Positions 8,936-18,657 of a stretch of DNA of 64,000 nt are shown here, piece by piece. The stretch lies in contig CAZNEE010000001.1 of the NCBI GenBank assembly GCA_964572255.1, forward strand, positions 459,587 through 523,586. The letters are read 5' to 3'. The notes under the pieces are model-generated. The model had not been told where the DNA came from and searched no databases. It saw nothing but the letters and a program-made list of their open reading frames with translations. Within the stretch, counting starts at the first letter, position 1, and the number at the start of each line of letters is the position of its first letter. The position numbers and the translations under genes were made by a program. The stretch is from an uncultured Planctomycetia bacterium. Lineage in GTDB: Bacteria > Omnitrophota > Gorgyraeia > Tantalellales > Tantalellaceae.

Positions 8936-10396
8936 ATGAAAGATATTTTATCCGGCATAAACACATACAAGGAATGGCTTAAAGAGCAGTCAGGATCCTT
9001 CGCGGATGCTGCTCTCTTCCTGACCAGCAGAATATCCAAGCTTGATAAAGATGTGAACGCTTTTATTGAGATTGACAAGGAAGGAATAACCAAAAATGCC
9101 GAAGAAATCGATGCCGCATCAGCCGAAGGCGTTTTAAGAGGCGTACCCGTAGGGATAAAAGATAATATTTGCATAAAGGGCCGGCTTACCACGTGCGGGT
9201 CGCATATTCTTGAAGGTTTCAGACCTCCTTATAACGCTACAGTAGTAGATAAACTTAGATTCGTAGGCGCGCTTTTAATAAACCGCGCTAACATGGATGA
9301 ATTCGCCTTCGGTTCTTCCTGCGAAACTTCTTATTACGGGCCGACAAAAAACCCGTGGGATACCAAACATATACCCGGGGGTTCAAGCGGCGGTTCTGCC
9401 GCGGCGGTAGCTGCCGGCGAGGTTGTTGCGGCTTTGGGTTCGGATACAGGCGGCTCCATACGTCAGCCTGCATCGCTTTGCGGGGTCGTCGGATTCAAAC
9501 CGACATACGGCCGGGTATCAAGATATGGCCTTATAGCTTTTGCGTCGAGTCTTGACCAGATAGGGCCCATTACGCGCAATATCGAAGATTGCGCTGTAAT
9601 GCTTGAAGCTATATCGGGATATGATGAGAAAGATTCAACTTCGGTCAATAGGGAAGTGCCCCGTTACACAGAAAGCCTTTCAAAAGATATTAAAGGAATG
9701 AAGGTAGGTATCCCGAAAGAGTATTTCATTGAAGGCATAGAGCCGGGCGTGAAAGCCCGCGTTGAAGAGTCGATAAATGTTTACAGGGATCTCGGCGCCG
9801 AGATAGTGGATATCTCGCTCCCGCATACCAAGTATGCGGTAAGCTGTTATTACATAATCGGCCCGGCTGAAGCGAGCTCTAATCTGGCCAGGTATGACGG
9901 CGTTCATTACGGATACAGGAACAGAAAAGCCAATGATATTATCGACATGTATATCGCCTCGCGCAATGACGGGTTCGGGGCGGAAGCGAAACGAAGGATA
10001 CTTCTTGGGACGTACGCTCTCAGTAGCGGATATTATGAAGCGTATTACCTGAAAGCGCTGAAGGTGCGCACGAAAATAGCCGATGATTTTAGTGATGCAT
10101 TTGAACAATGTAAAGTCATTCTTACTCCCACATCACCGACAACAGCGTTCAAAATAGGTGAAAAAGTGGAGGATCCGCTCCAGATGTATCTGTCGGACAT
10201 ATTTACGATCCCGGCGAACCTTGCGGGTCTTCCTGCGGTCTCTATGCCTTGCGGAGTTGACGAAAAAGATCTCCCGGTCGGGCTTCAGCTCATGGCTCAG
10301 CCTTTCGATGAGGAGACTTTAATAAAAGCAGCACATGCATTCGAACGCAGCACTGAGCATCATAAGCTTGTGGGGGAGAAAATTTTGAAAAAATAG
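8936..10396 (+). CDS. gatA: Glutamyl-tRNA(Gln) amidotransferase subunit A.
   Basis: The amidase signature GGSSGGSAAAVAAGE...GSDTGGSIRQPA is present in a 486-aa product. Confidence 0.9.
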   Translation: MKDILSGINTYKEWLKEQSGSFADAALFLTSRISKLDKDVNAFIEIDKEGITKNAEEIDAASAEGVLRGVPVGIKDNICIKGRLTTCGSHILEGFRPPYNATVVDKLRFVGALLINRANMDEFAFGSSCETSYYGPTKNPWDTKHIPGGSSGGSAAAVAAGEVVAALGSDTGGSIRQPASLCGVVGFKPTYGRVSRYGLIAFASSLDQIGPITRNIEDCAVMLEAISGYDEKDSTSVNREVPRYTESLSKDIKGMKVGIPKEYFIEGIEPGVKARVEESINVYRDLGAEIVDISLPHTKYAVSCYYIIGPAEASSNLARYDGVHYGYRNRKANDIIDMYIASRNDGFGAEAKRRILLGTYALSSGYYEAYYLKALKVRTKIADDFSDAFEQCKVILTPTSPTTAFKIGEKVEDPLQMYLSDIFTIPANLAGLPAVSMPCGVDEKDLPVGLQLMAQPFDEETLIKAAHAFERSTEHHKLVGEKILKK

Positions 10397-10406
10397 AGTG
10401 AATAGT

Positions 10407-10475
10407 GAGTAGCGGGTGTCTTTAGTGGGAGGATCCACACTGGGCGGAGGGGCCCACGAAAGGCACCCGGTACTC
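10407..10475. repeat. Intergenic hairpin element carrying the conserved 29-nt core GGGAGGATCCACACTGGGCGGAGGGGCCC (copy A; core at 10427-10455).
   Basis: The core matches 25141-25169 with one substitution and is the reverse complement of 37940-37968. The flanking arms GAGTAGCGGGTGTCTTTAGTGGG and CCCACGAAAGGCACCCGGTACTC are near-complementary. Confidence 0.5.
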
Positions 10476-10504
10476 GCATTTTTACTTTTTATAATAAAAT
10501 TGTT

Positions 10505-11947
10505 ATGGCTAAAAATTACGAGACTGTCATAGGATTGGAAGTTCACGTCCAGCTTTTAACAAAGACCAAAGCTTTCTGTGGATGCAGTACGGCTTTTGGA
10601 GCCAGGCCCAATTCACAGGTCTGTCCGGTCTGCCTCGGGCTTCCCGGGGTTCTTCCGGTACTTAACAGGAAAGCTTTCGAATATGCCATAAAAGTCGCTC
10701 TTGCGCTTGATTGCGATATACAGAAAACAGTAAAGTTTGACCGGAAAAATTATTATTACCCGGATCTTCCTAAAAATTACCAGATCAGCCAGTTCGACAT
10801 GCCGATCGCTTATAACGGCAAGATAGTGTTATACGCCGATACCGATAACCCGAAAGAGATCGGCGTGACACGCGCCCATCTTGAGGAGGATGCCGGCAAA
10901 CTCCTTCATGACGAGAACGCACCTTTCAGTTATGTCGATCTTAACAGGACCGGCACACCGCTTCTTGAGATAGTTTCCGAACCGGACATAAGAACTCCCC
11001 AGGAGGCGTACGATTACCTTGTTTCCTTAAAGAGGACGATAAAGTACCTTGAAGTGTCCGATTGCAACATGGAAGAAGGAAGCCTCAGATGCGACGCCAA
11101 TATCTCCATACGGGAAGAGGGGGATAAGAAGTTAGGGAGTAAGGTGGAAATAAAAAACCTCAATTCTTTTAAGGCCGTTAGGGAGGCGCTTGCGTACGAG
11201 CGCCAAAGGCAGATAGAGGCAATAGAAGACGGGGAGAAAATAATACAAGAGACTCGTTTATGGGATGAGAAAAAGAACATCACTTCATCCATGAGGACAA
11301 AAGAAGAGTCCCATGACTATAGGTATTTCCCGGAACCCGACCTTGTCCCTTTTGAGGTTAAACCGGAAGTGATCGATAGGGTACGCGAAACGATGCCCGA
11401 ACTCCCCGATAAAAAAGCTCAAAGGTTCATCAGAAAATATAAGTTGGATGAAAAAGATATCGAGGTGCTAATATCCGAAAAGGACATCGCTATCCTTTTT
11501 GAAGATGTGGCGGAAAAATTAAAAGATCCACAGTCTGCGTGTAATTGGATAAAAGGCGAAGTGATGAAGCACATCAATGAAAGAGGGACCGATGTAAAGG
11601 GTTTGCAACTTGACCCCGGACATCTTGCCGAAATCATAAAAATGGCCAAAGACGGCACTATCAGCGGACTTGCGGCGAAGGATGTCCTTAACAGTTGCAT
11701 TGACACGGGCAAATCTCCCGTTTCCATAGTAAAGGAAAAAGGACTCCAGCAGGTTTCTGACGAAGGCCAGCTGGATGAAATTGTCGTAAAGGTGATCGCC
11801 GAAAATGAAAAGTCGGCCAACGATTTTAAGGGCGGGAAAGAAAACGCTTTAAGCTTTCTTATAGGGCAGGTCATGAAGCATTCGGGAGGAAAGGCCAATC
11901 CTAAACTTGCCGGCGATATGCTTAAGAAAAAGATCCTGGGAGGATAA
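10505..11947 (+). CDS. gatB: Glutamyl-tRNA(Gln) amidotransferase subunit B.
   Basis: The N-terminus MAKNYETVIGLEVHVQLLTKTKAFCGC is diagnostic for GatB. The product is 480 aa with a GatB/YqeY C-terminal domain. Confidence 0.9.
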   Translation: MAKNYETVIGLEVHVQLLTKTKAFCGCSTAFGARPNSQVCPVCLGLPGVLPVLNRKAFEYAIKVALALDCDIQKTVKFDRKNYYYPDLPKNYQISQFDMPIAYNGKIVLYADTDNPKEIGVTRAHLEEDAGKLLHDENAPFSYVDLNRTGTPLLEIVSEPDIRTPQEAYDYLVSLKRTIKYLEVSDCNMEEGSLRCDANISIREEGDKKLGSKVEIKNLNSFKAVREALAYERQRQIEAIEDGEKIIQETRLWDEKKNITSSMRTKEESHDYRYFPEPDLVPFEVKPEVIDRVRETMPELPDKKAQRFIRKYKLDEKDIEVLISEKDIAILFEDVAEKLKDPQSACNWIKGEVMKHINERGTDVKGLQLDPGHLAEIIKMAKDGTISGLAAKDVLNSCIDTGKSPVSIVKEKGLQQVSDEGQLDEIVVKVIAENEKSANDFKGGKENALSFLIGQVMKHSGGKANPKLAGDMLKKKILGG

Positions 11948-11949
11948 AT

Positions 11950-13296
11950 ATGCGCAAGAAGATCCTTATTGTTTGTATGCTATTATCTTTAGGCATTAGT
12001 GGAATAACTTTTTTTGTGAATGCCGAAGAAAAAATCATCATCGATGACAGCAAAGAATTGTTCAAGCAGGTACAGCTGTTTGCCGATGCCATTACTCTTA
12101 TAAGCAAGGAGTACGTAAAGCCTATCGAGGTAAAAGACCTTATATACGGCGCGATAAAAGGGATGATGGGGACCCTTGACGGATACAGCCAGTTCCTTGA
12201 CCCTGACAGTTTCCGGGATATAACCGAGGAGACAAAAGGGGAATTCGGCGGTATCGGCATAGAGATCGGCATGAGAGAAGGCGTGCTTACGGTAATAGCT
12301 CCCATAGAAGATACCCCGGCGTTTAAAGCGGGCCTTCAGGCGGATGATAAAATAGTGAAGATCGATGATGAGATAACGCGTGAGATGACGCTTGATGATG
12401 CCGTGAAAAAACTGCGCGGCGAACCGGGAACGGACGTTAAGATCACCGTTATACGTGAAGGTGCAGACAAGCTGTTGGATTTCACGCTCACCCGGGCCAT
12501 AATAAAACTCGAAAGCATCAAGGAATCGAAGATCATAGAAGAGGACATCGCTTACATCAAGCTTGTTGAGTTCCAGGAAAGGACCGCGCGCGATCTAAGG
12601 CAGGAGATAAAAAACCTTAAGGCGGAAGGAGCAAAGAGCCTGATCATTGATCTTAGGAATAATCCGGGAGGGCTTCTCAATTCCTCGATCGATGTTGCGG
12701 ATCAATTTCTGGAGCCCGGCGCGTTGATCGTGTACACTGAAGGAAGGGATCCAAAAAAACGTGTTGATTACACGGCAAAACGTAAAACAGATTTCCATGA
12801 CATGAATATGGCCGTGCTGGTCAACAAGGGTTCGGCGAGCGCTTCAGAGATCTTGGCCGGGGCGATAAAGGATAATAAACGGGGCATAATAATAGGAACG
12901 CCTACTTTCGGGAAAGGCTCGGTGCAGACAGTCATGCCGCTTAAGGACAGGTCGGCTCTACGTCTCACTACAGCGGCTTATTACACTCCGTCCGGCAAGA
13001 ACATATCGGATAAAGGTATTGAACCCGATATCGTGGTGGAAAGAAAGAAGACGGAAGAAAAAGAAGAAGATAGCGAGAAGGAAAAAATAGAAGAAAAGAA
13101 GAAAGAGCTTTTCCGGAAAGTTAAAAAAGATAAGAAAGATGATGAGCAAGAAGAAAAGGAAAAGACGGAAGAGAAAAAAGAGATCTATGACAACCAGCTC
13201 CGGACAGCCGTAAATGTGCTTAAAGGCATAAATATATTCGAAGGGTACAAGACGCAAGTTGTTGAGGTAGAAGTCGAAGAAAAAGTTGCAGAATGA
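11950..13296 (+). CDS. ctpA: Carboxyl-terminal processing protease (S41) with a PDZ domain and a Lys/Glu-rich insertion.
   Basis: The product has a signal peptide and a PDZ region (GGIGIEIGMREGVLTVIAPIEDTPAFKAGLQADDKIVKID). The S41 catalytic motifs are VLVNKGSASASEILAGA...GTPTFGKGSVQ. A K/E low-complexity stretch lies at roughly 13020-13190. Confidence 0.85.
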   Translation: MRKKILIVCMLLSLGISGITFFVNAEEKIIIDDSKELFKQVQLFADAITLISKEYVKPIEVKDLIYGAIKGMMGTLDGYSQFLDPDSFRDITEETKGEFGGIGIEIGMREGVLTVIAPIEDTPAFKAGLQADDKIVKIDDEITREMTLDDAVKKLRGEPGTDVKITVIREGADKLLDFTLTRAIIKLESIKESKIIEEDIAYIKLVEFQERTARDLRQEIKNLKAEGAKSLIIDLRNNPGGLLNSSIDVADQFLEPGALIVYTEGRDPKKRVDYTAKRKTDFHDMNMAVLVNKGSASASEILAGAIKDNKRGIIIGTPTFGKGSVQTVMPLKDRSALRLTTAAYYTPSGKNISDKGIEPDIVVERKKTEEKEEDSEKEKIEEKKKELFRKVKKDKKDDEQEEKEKTEEKKEIYDNQLRTAVNVLKGINIFEGYKTQVVEVEVEEKVAE

Positions 13297-14096
13297 CCAA
13301 AAGAGCGGTATTTACAACAATAGTCATACTCGCCGCTATCGCGGCGCTTCTTTTGAAGTTCGGCCCCTTTTATGAAAGAAGAGAACGGGAAGGGATCATC
13401 GAGGGCAAGCCGGACATCGCGTATAAACCTGCCGTAGCCATTGTTCTGGATGATTTCGGATATACCGAAAAAAACCTGAAAGACCTCAAGAGGATCAACG
13501 CGCCTGTGACCATAGCGGTCCTTCCCAACACTCCTTACTCTGAAAAGGTGAGCTCTTTTGCCGGGGATAACGGCATGGAAGTGATACTTCACCTTCCGAT
13601 GGAACCCATGGATCAAAGAGAAGCTCTTGAGGAGGATACCATCAGAGCGGATATGAGCGAGAGGGAGGTAAAACATATTATCGATAATTCGCTTAGATCT
13701 GTCCCTGGGGCTGTAGGCGTTTCAAATCATATGGGGTCCAAGGCCACAAAAGATAAAAAAATAATGGGGATCGTTCTGGATGATATCTACGGAAGGGGAA
13801 TGTTCTTTCTGGACAGCCGCACCTCTAAAGGATCTGTTTGCGGATATATTGCTGAGAAAAAAGGCATGCAGATCGCCGAAAGGGATATTTTTATAGATAA
13901 CGTAATGGATAAAAAAGAAATAGCTGAGAGATTAAAAGACCTGGAGAAAGAAGCCGTATCAAAAGGGTTTTGTGTGGCAATAGGCCATGACAGAAGCCTT
14001 ACCATTGAGGTTTTAAAGAGGATCGTACCCGAGATGCAGGAAAAAGGAATAAAGTTTGTCAAACTGTCGGAACTGGTCAAGGGGCGCGGCCGATGA
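13293..14096 (+). CDS. Divergent polysaccharide deacetylase family protein (YibQ-like).
   Basis: A TM/signal N-terminus is followed by AIVLDDFGY...AVLP...HLPMEP...GVSNHMGS, a motif set typical of the YibQ/divergent polysaccharide deacetylase family. Confidence 0.6.
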   Translation: MTKRAVFTTIVILAAIAALLLKFGPFYERREREGIIEGKPDIAYKPAVAIVLDDFGYTEKNLKDLKRINAPVTIAVLPNTPYSEKVSSFAGDNGMEVILHLPMEPMDQREALEEDTIRADMSEREVKHIIDNSLRSVPGAVGVSNHMGSKATKDKKIMGIVLDDIYGRGMFFLDSRTSKGSVCGYIAEKKGMQIAERDIFIDNVMDKKEIAERLKDLEKEAVSKGFCVAIGHDRSLTIEVLKRIVPEMQEKGIKFVKLSELVKGRGR

Positions 14097-15112
14097 AAAA
14101 AATGATCACGCTCGGGATCGAGACATCTTGCGATGAAACCGCTGTAGCGGTAGTAAAAGACGGGAAGATCCTTTCCAGTGAGGTCTCCTCGAGCATCCAT
14201 TTGCATTCTCAATACGGCGGTGTGATCCCTGAGATCGCCTCAAGGTATCATGTCGAGTATATCTACCCGGCATTAAAGAAAGCGCTTAGCGACGCTAATG
14301 TCGGGATGGCTGATATTGATCTTGTATCCGTGACAAAAGGTCCCGGGCTTCCTGGTTCTTTGCTTGTCGGCATAGCGTTCGCAAAAGCTTTAAGCTATGC
14401 TTTGGATATACCGATCATCGGGGCGGATCATCTGAAAGCGCATATTTTTTCATGTTTTATAAACGGCAAACACGAGTGCGAAATAGACGGCAAATTTCCG
14501 TTTTTGGGAATGGTCATATCAGGAGGGCATACCAGTATATTCTATTGCCGCGATATGGATAATTTTGACCTTATAGGACGTACTAAAGATGACGCGGTAG
14601 GTGAAGCATTTGACAAGGTCGCCAAGATCATGGACCTGGGTTATCCCGGCGGCCCCATAATCGAGAAAAGAGCCGGAGAATATATGGGGGAAGACCTAAT
14701 AGATTTCCCGAGGGCGCTTCTCCAGGACTCCAATGATATCGATTTCAGTTTCAGCGGGATAAAAACGGCTGTTTTATACCACTGGCGGGATTCCGCTAAA
14801 GACGAATCGGAAAAGACAAAAGTCTGCCGGTCTTTTCAGGATGCCGTGATCGATGTCGTGATAAAAAAGATAAAAAGAGCGCTCGAGATAAAAAATACGA
14901 AGAGACTTGCGGTCGGGGGCGGCGTAATAAATAACGAAGCATTACGTCGGAGGATAATGGAAGAGGCTCAAACCCTGGAGGTCGAGCTTTTTCTCCCCGA
15001 AAAAGAATTCTGCACTGACAATGCGGCAATGATAGCGGCTATCGGCGAGAAAATGTTTAAGAGCGGTAAAAGGTCAGATCTTTCTCTTAACGCCGAACCC
15101 GTATTTTTGTAA
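14093..15112 (+). CDS. tsaD: tRNA N6-adenosine threonylcarbamoyltransferase.
   Basis: The N-terminus ITLGIETSCDETAVAVV matches the Kae1/TsaD family. Two His metal ligands occur in a 339-aa product. Confidence 0.9.
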   Translation: MKKMITLGIETSCDETAVAVVKDGKILSSEVSSSIHLHSQYGGVIPEIASRYHVEYIYPALKKALSDANVGMADIDLVSVTKGPGLPGSLLVGIAFAKALSYALDIPIIGADHLKAHIFSCFINGKHECEIDGKFPFLGMVISGGHTSIFYCRDMDNFDLIGRTKDDAVGEAFDKVAKIMDLGYPGGPIIEKRAGEYMGEDLIDFPRALLQDSNDIDFSFSGIKTAVLYHWRDSAKDESEKTKVCRSFQDAVIDVVIKKIKRALEIKNTKRLAVGGGVINNEALRRRIMEEAQTLEVELFLPEKEFCTDNAAMIAAIGEKMFKSGKRSDLSLNAEPVFL

Positions 15113-15192
15113 TAATATTAATAAATAAATCCTTTATAAATTAAACAAAAAGTTATATAATAAACAATGGGGATAAAGTAGAAGGAGTAAGT

Positions 15193-15846
15193 ATGTCGCC
15201 TGTCATTATAGCCGCAAGAATATTGATCTCAGCTTTATTCGGCGGACTTGTTGGATTTGAGAGGGAAATACACGGCAGGGCAGCCGGTCTTAGAACGCAC
15301 ATTCTTGTCTGCGTGGGATCCACACTCTTCATGTTAACTTCAATACTTATCGCGCAGCATTACGGGCATATCGGGGGAGTTGACCCGTCACGTATAGCTT
15401 CGGGGGTTGTTACAGGGATAGGATTTTTGGGCGCGGGAGCCATTATCAGGTTCGGCGCGTCAGTGAAAGGCCTGACCACAGCGGCAAGCATATGGGCTGT
15501 TTCTGCGATCGGGCTGGCCGCAGGGGCCGGTTTTTTTCTTGCGGCCGCGATCACTACAGGTCTTGTCATTCTTGTTCTTTTTCTTTCACGCATAGAAGAA
15601 AGAATGGAGCTGAAAGGATGCCAGCGCAAACTCAAGCTTGAGATAAGTTCAGCGAACAGGGACGCGATCGATGAAGCAAAAAGGATCATTGATGATTACG
15701 GCGTTAAAATATCAAGAATAACCACGGACAAAGAAGATGATAAAGTAAAAGTCGATATAGATCTTCTCTTGAGCCGAAGAAAGTCGGAAGATTTTATTTC
15801 CGAGATATCAGCGCTGCCCGGTGTTATCGGCGCTGAATTAGAGTGA
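15193..15846 (+). CDS. MgtC/SapB family membrane protein.
   Basis: The product has four TM helices with the MgtC signature (HILVCVGSTLFML...GVVTGIGFLGAGAII...AASIWAVSAIGLAAGAG) and a C-terminal ACT-like soluble domain. Confidence 0.7.
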   Translation: MSPVIIAARILISALFGGLVGFEREIHGRAAGLRTHILVCVGSTLFMLTSILIAQHYGHIGGVDPSRIASGVVTGIGFLGAGAIIRFGASVKGLTTAASIWAVSAIGLAAGAGFFLAAAITTGLVILVLFLSRIEERMELKGCQRKLKLEISSANRDAIDEAKRIIDDYGVKISRITTDKEDDKVKVDIDLLLSRRKSEDFISEISALPGVIGAELE

Positions 15847-15890
15847 TTGATCTTTTAGATTGCCTAAAGAATTGAAAAAGGAGGGATAGG

Positions 15891-16442
15891 ATGAGAAAGA
15901 GAAAAGAGGAACCGAAAGTTCAGCCCGTCGAGGAAAAATTCCTTGATGTGAACGCGACGATGCAAGGTACGCTTCGTTTTGATGATCCGGTCAATCTTAG
16001 GATCAACGGTAAATTTGAAGGTACGCTTGATACCAAAGGCAAGCTCATGATCGGAGAAAAGGCCAACATAAGGGCTAATATTAATGGCGAAATCGTTTCG
16101 ATCGCGGGAAACGTAACAGGCAATATAAAAGCCACTTCTTCGCTTAGGCTAGACAATACAGCAAAACTTACAGGCGACATTGAAACGCCCCAGATAGCTA
16201 TACAGCAGGGAGCTCTATTGAACGGACAGGTCAACATGGGCGCAAGTTCCTCCGCAGGAGGATCGGGCAGGAATGATATGTTAAATGTCAGCCAGGTAGC
16301 GGATTACCTGGAAGTGGACACGAATAAAGTCAACGAATGGGCGAACAGCGGGATGCTGCCGGGTTCGAAAGAGAACGGTTCATGGGTGTTCGAAAAGAAC
16401 AAGCTTGATCAGTGGGTAGCACAGGGAAAAGTTAAAGCCTAA
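15891..16442 (+). CDS. Bactofilin-domain protein with a C-terminal excisionase-type helix-turn-helix (HTH) segment.
   Basis: Beta-helical bactofilin repeats are present (LRINGKFEGTLDTKGKLMIGEKANIRANINGEIVSIAGNVTGNIKA...). The C-terminus MLNVSQVADYLEVDTNKVNEWANSGMLPGSKENGSWVFEKNKLDQWV resembles an HTH_17/excisionase DNA-binding domain. Confidence 0.65.
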   Translation: MRKRKEEPKVQPVEEKFLDVNATMQGTLRFDDPVNLRINGKFEGTLDTKGKLMIGEKANIRANINGEIVSIAGNVTGNIKATSSLRLDNTAKLTGDIETPQIAIQQGALLNGQVNMGASSSAGGSGRNDMLNVSQVADYLEVDTNKVNEWANSGMLPGSKENGSWVFEKNKLDQWVAQGKVKA

Positions 16443-16459
16443 TGAAATAAGGTGAAGTT

Positions 16460-16825
16460 ATGCCGGAAAAACTTCTTACATTGAGAGAGTTGTCCGAATA
16501 TTTGGGTGTAACCGAAGAGAAAATAAATGAACTGGTAAGAGCTGGCGTTATATCAGCTTACAGACTTGGCGGTGAACTTCTAAGATTTCGGAAAGATCAG
16601 ATCGATGCTATTCGTTCGGAAATAGATGCGCGTGTCACGGAGACGGATAGAGTGGACACCAGCGAGATGCGCACCAGTTTTAAAGAGCGGCTTCAGGCCT
16701 TAAGAAGCGAAAGCAACTCAAGCTTCAAGGAACGCATGAACGATTTTTTCTACTTCAATGATTTTTATATTGTTTCGACAGTGCTGATAGCCGTTCTTCT
16801 TATAGCGATATTCCGGACGTTATAA
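16460..16825 (+). CDS. Excisionase-type HTH DNA-binding protein with a C-terminal transmembrane anchor.
   Basis: The N-terminus LLTLRELSEYLGVTEEKINELVRAGVISAYRLGGELLRFRKDQIDAI has an HTH_17-like pattern. The C-terminus FYFNDFYIVSTVLIAVLLIAIF is hydrophobic. Confidence 0.5.
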   Translation: MPEKLLTLRELSEYLGVTEEKINELVRAGVISAYRLGGELLRFRKDQIDAIRSEIDARVTETDRVDTSEMRTSFKERLQALRSESNSSFKERMNDFFYFNDFYIVSTVLIAVLLIAIFRTL

Positions 16826-16918
16826 GGTTTTACAGGAATGTTTGATTTTTGGGGGGTCTCTCCCTTTTGGCGAGCAGGGTCAATTTGGGGAAAGGCCCCT
16901 TATTTTTGTGAGGGAAAG

Positions 16919-17884
16919 ATGACGAAAATTTTCAAAAAGACATATTTAATTCTTATTTTTTCGCTTCTTTTAAGCGTATTTTTCTCGTTACTGCTTACGG
17001 CGGATACTGTGAATCTTAAAAGCGGCGAGAAGATAAAAGGGCTCATAGTGGATGATTATAAGGACAGGGTCACACTTTCCACGGTAAACGGCGAGATCAC
17101 TATCCTGAAAAGCGATATCAGATCGACCATATACGACACAAAGGAGAAGGAACTTCTTAAAAAAGCGCAGAATTTCCAAAGAAGAGGAAAACCCATACAG
17201 GCGTATTACGCTTATCAGGAGGTCCTTGAGCTGAACCCCGATCTTGACCAGGCGCGCGAACGGCTGGATTACCTGAGAAGCTTTATTGAGACAAAATTGA
17301 GGAAGGACCTAAGAACGCGGCTGGGGATGAAGAATAATCTGCATAACGATTTTAAGATCAAGAACTCAACGGAATTATTGTCCGAAGAATTGGGGCTTAT
17401 GCTTTCCCGGGGAGATAAATATATAGTTGTGGAAGACGTAAAAAAGAGAACGAGGACGATAATAGAAGCGGGCATCAAACCGGGGGACAAAATAGTTTCC
17501 ATATGGCGTGAAAATGTGGCGTATATGGATGTTGATGAAGTGGCGGGCAAGCTGGTCGAACCGAAAGAAATAAGACTCGTGATCGAAAGAGACGCGGAAG
17601 CCGAACTGAAAAACGGCCAATTATTCAACGGTTATACCGACATTATTGACGGAAAACTTAAGCTTACACGGGAAGGCGTTGTGGTTGATAATGCGGAAGA
17701 AGGAGGCGCTTTCGATTCGGCGGGCATCCGGGAGGGCGATCTTTTATGGATGATAAACGGAAGGGAAACAAAATACATGCCGATGGACGAGATCATTGAT
17801 ACAATTAAGGATAACCGGGGAAAAGCGATCGATATTGTCATACGGCGCAATATTGCTTTTTGGAAGGAGAAAGACAGGATATGA
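16919..17884 (+). CDS. Secreted protein with TPR-like and PDZ-like regions. The start was moved to the ATG at 16919.
   Basis: The signal peptide is MTKIFKKTYLILIFSLLLSVFFSLLLTA. PDZ-like segments include GIKPGDKIVSIW and GIREGDLLWMINGRE...IDIVIRR. Confidence 0.5.
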   Translation: MTKIFKKTYLILIFSLLLSVFFSLLLTADTVNLKSGEKIKGLIVDDYKDRVTLSTVNGEITILKSDIRSTIYDTKEKELLKKAQNFQRRGKPIQAYYAYQEVLELNPDLDQARERLDYLRSFIETKLRKDLRTRLGMKNNLHNDFKIKNSTELLSEELGLMLSRGDKYIVVEDVKKRTRTIIEAGIKPGDKIVSIWRENVAYMDVDEVAGKLVEPKEIRLVIERDAEAELKNGQLFNGYTDIIDGKLKLTREGVVVDNAEEGGAFDSAGIREGDLLWMINGRETKYMPMDEIIDTIKDNRGKAIDIVIRRNIAFWKEKDRI

Positions 17885-18453
17885 ACAAGATTAAAAGCCG
17901 CAGCAAACTTTTCGTTCTAAAGCGGTTTCAGGTCCGCTACATAACCATGATACTGATCTTTACGTTCGTTATCGCCTTGATCTCCGGTTACACCGTTTAT
18001 GTTACCACCTGGATCATATTCGGCGAAAAACTTGCCGCGGTATACCCTCAAGGGCTTCTATTGGACATAGTCAAGAAAGTCAACACGGTTTTGCTGCTGC
18101 GGCTTTTATTCCTGACCCCCCTTGTGGCGTTAATAGGTCTTTTTCTGTCCAATAAGATAGCCGGCCCGATCTACAGGATAAAAAAATCCGTCAAATCAGT
18201 AAAAGCCGGTAATTATGACAGCATGATAAAGCTGAGAGAGAAAGATGAGCTGCATGACCTTGCGGACGAAATAAACTCTCTGGTGTATAAATTGAAGGAT
18301 GAAAGGACCCTTTTAAGGGGGAAACTGGATGAACTCAAGAAAGAGACCATGGAGCTTGAGGAATACATAAGCAGCAAAACTTCCAAAAGGGAAGATCTAC
18401 TGATAAAAGTCCGGGATATGAGGCAGCGCCTCGAGACCCTTGGCAGTGGATAG
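17881..18453 (+). CDS. Membrane protein with two TM helices and a C-terminal coiled coil (hypothetical).
   Basis: ATG at 17881 follows the ribosome-binding site GGAGA. TM segments are ITMILIFTFVIALISGYTVYV and LLLRLLFLTPLVALIGLFL. The coiled coil is LKDERTLLRGKLDELKKETMELEEY. Confidence 0.4.
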   Translation: MNKIKSRSKLFVLKRFQVRYITMILIFTFVIALISGYTVYVTTWIIFGEKLAAVYPQGLLLDIVKKVNTVLLLRLLFLTPLVALIGLFLSNKIAGPIYRIKKSVKSVKAGNYDSMIKLREKDELHDLADEINSLVYKLKDERTLLRGKLDELKKETMELEEYISSKTSKREDLLIKVRDMRQRLETLGSG

Positions 18454-18471
18454 GAAATATTATCTTTTTTC

Positions 18472-18500
18472 TTGACATCCATATAATATTATTATATATT
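18472..18500 (+). promoter_or_regulatory. Putative sigma-70 promoter upstream of polA (TTGACA-17 nt-TATATT).
   Basis: A consensus -35 TTGACA at 18472-18477 and a -10-like hexamer 17 nt downstream lie in the ~200 bp AT-rich intergenic region. Confidence 0.3.
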
Positions 18501-18657
18501 CTAATACGGTTGTAATTACTCACCAAAAACAATTTCCTTACAGTTTAAGTATAATTAACCCAAAATATAAGTGTTTAAGCTTGAAAATTTAACAAATTTA
18601 CAAAAACTCACACCTTAAAAACCAAAAAGTGTCCAACCCTTATCGATTCAATATTTT

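Noticed and set aside
12958-13257. A 99-aa minus-strand ORF (FFLF-rich) and the K/E-rich stretch in ctpA, considered as a possible separate gene or repeat.
   Set aside because: It is a low-complexity antisense translation of the lysine/glutamate-rich insertion inside ctpA, not an independent feature.
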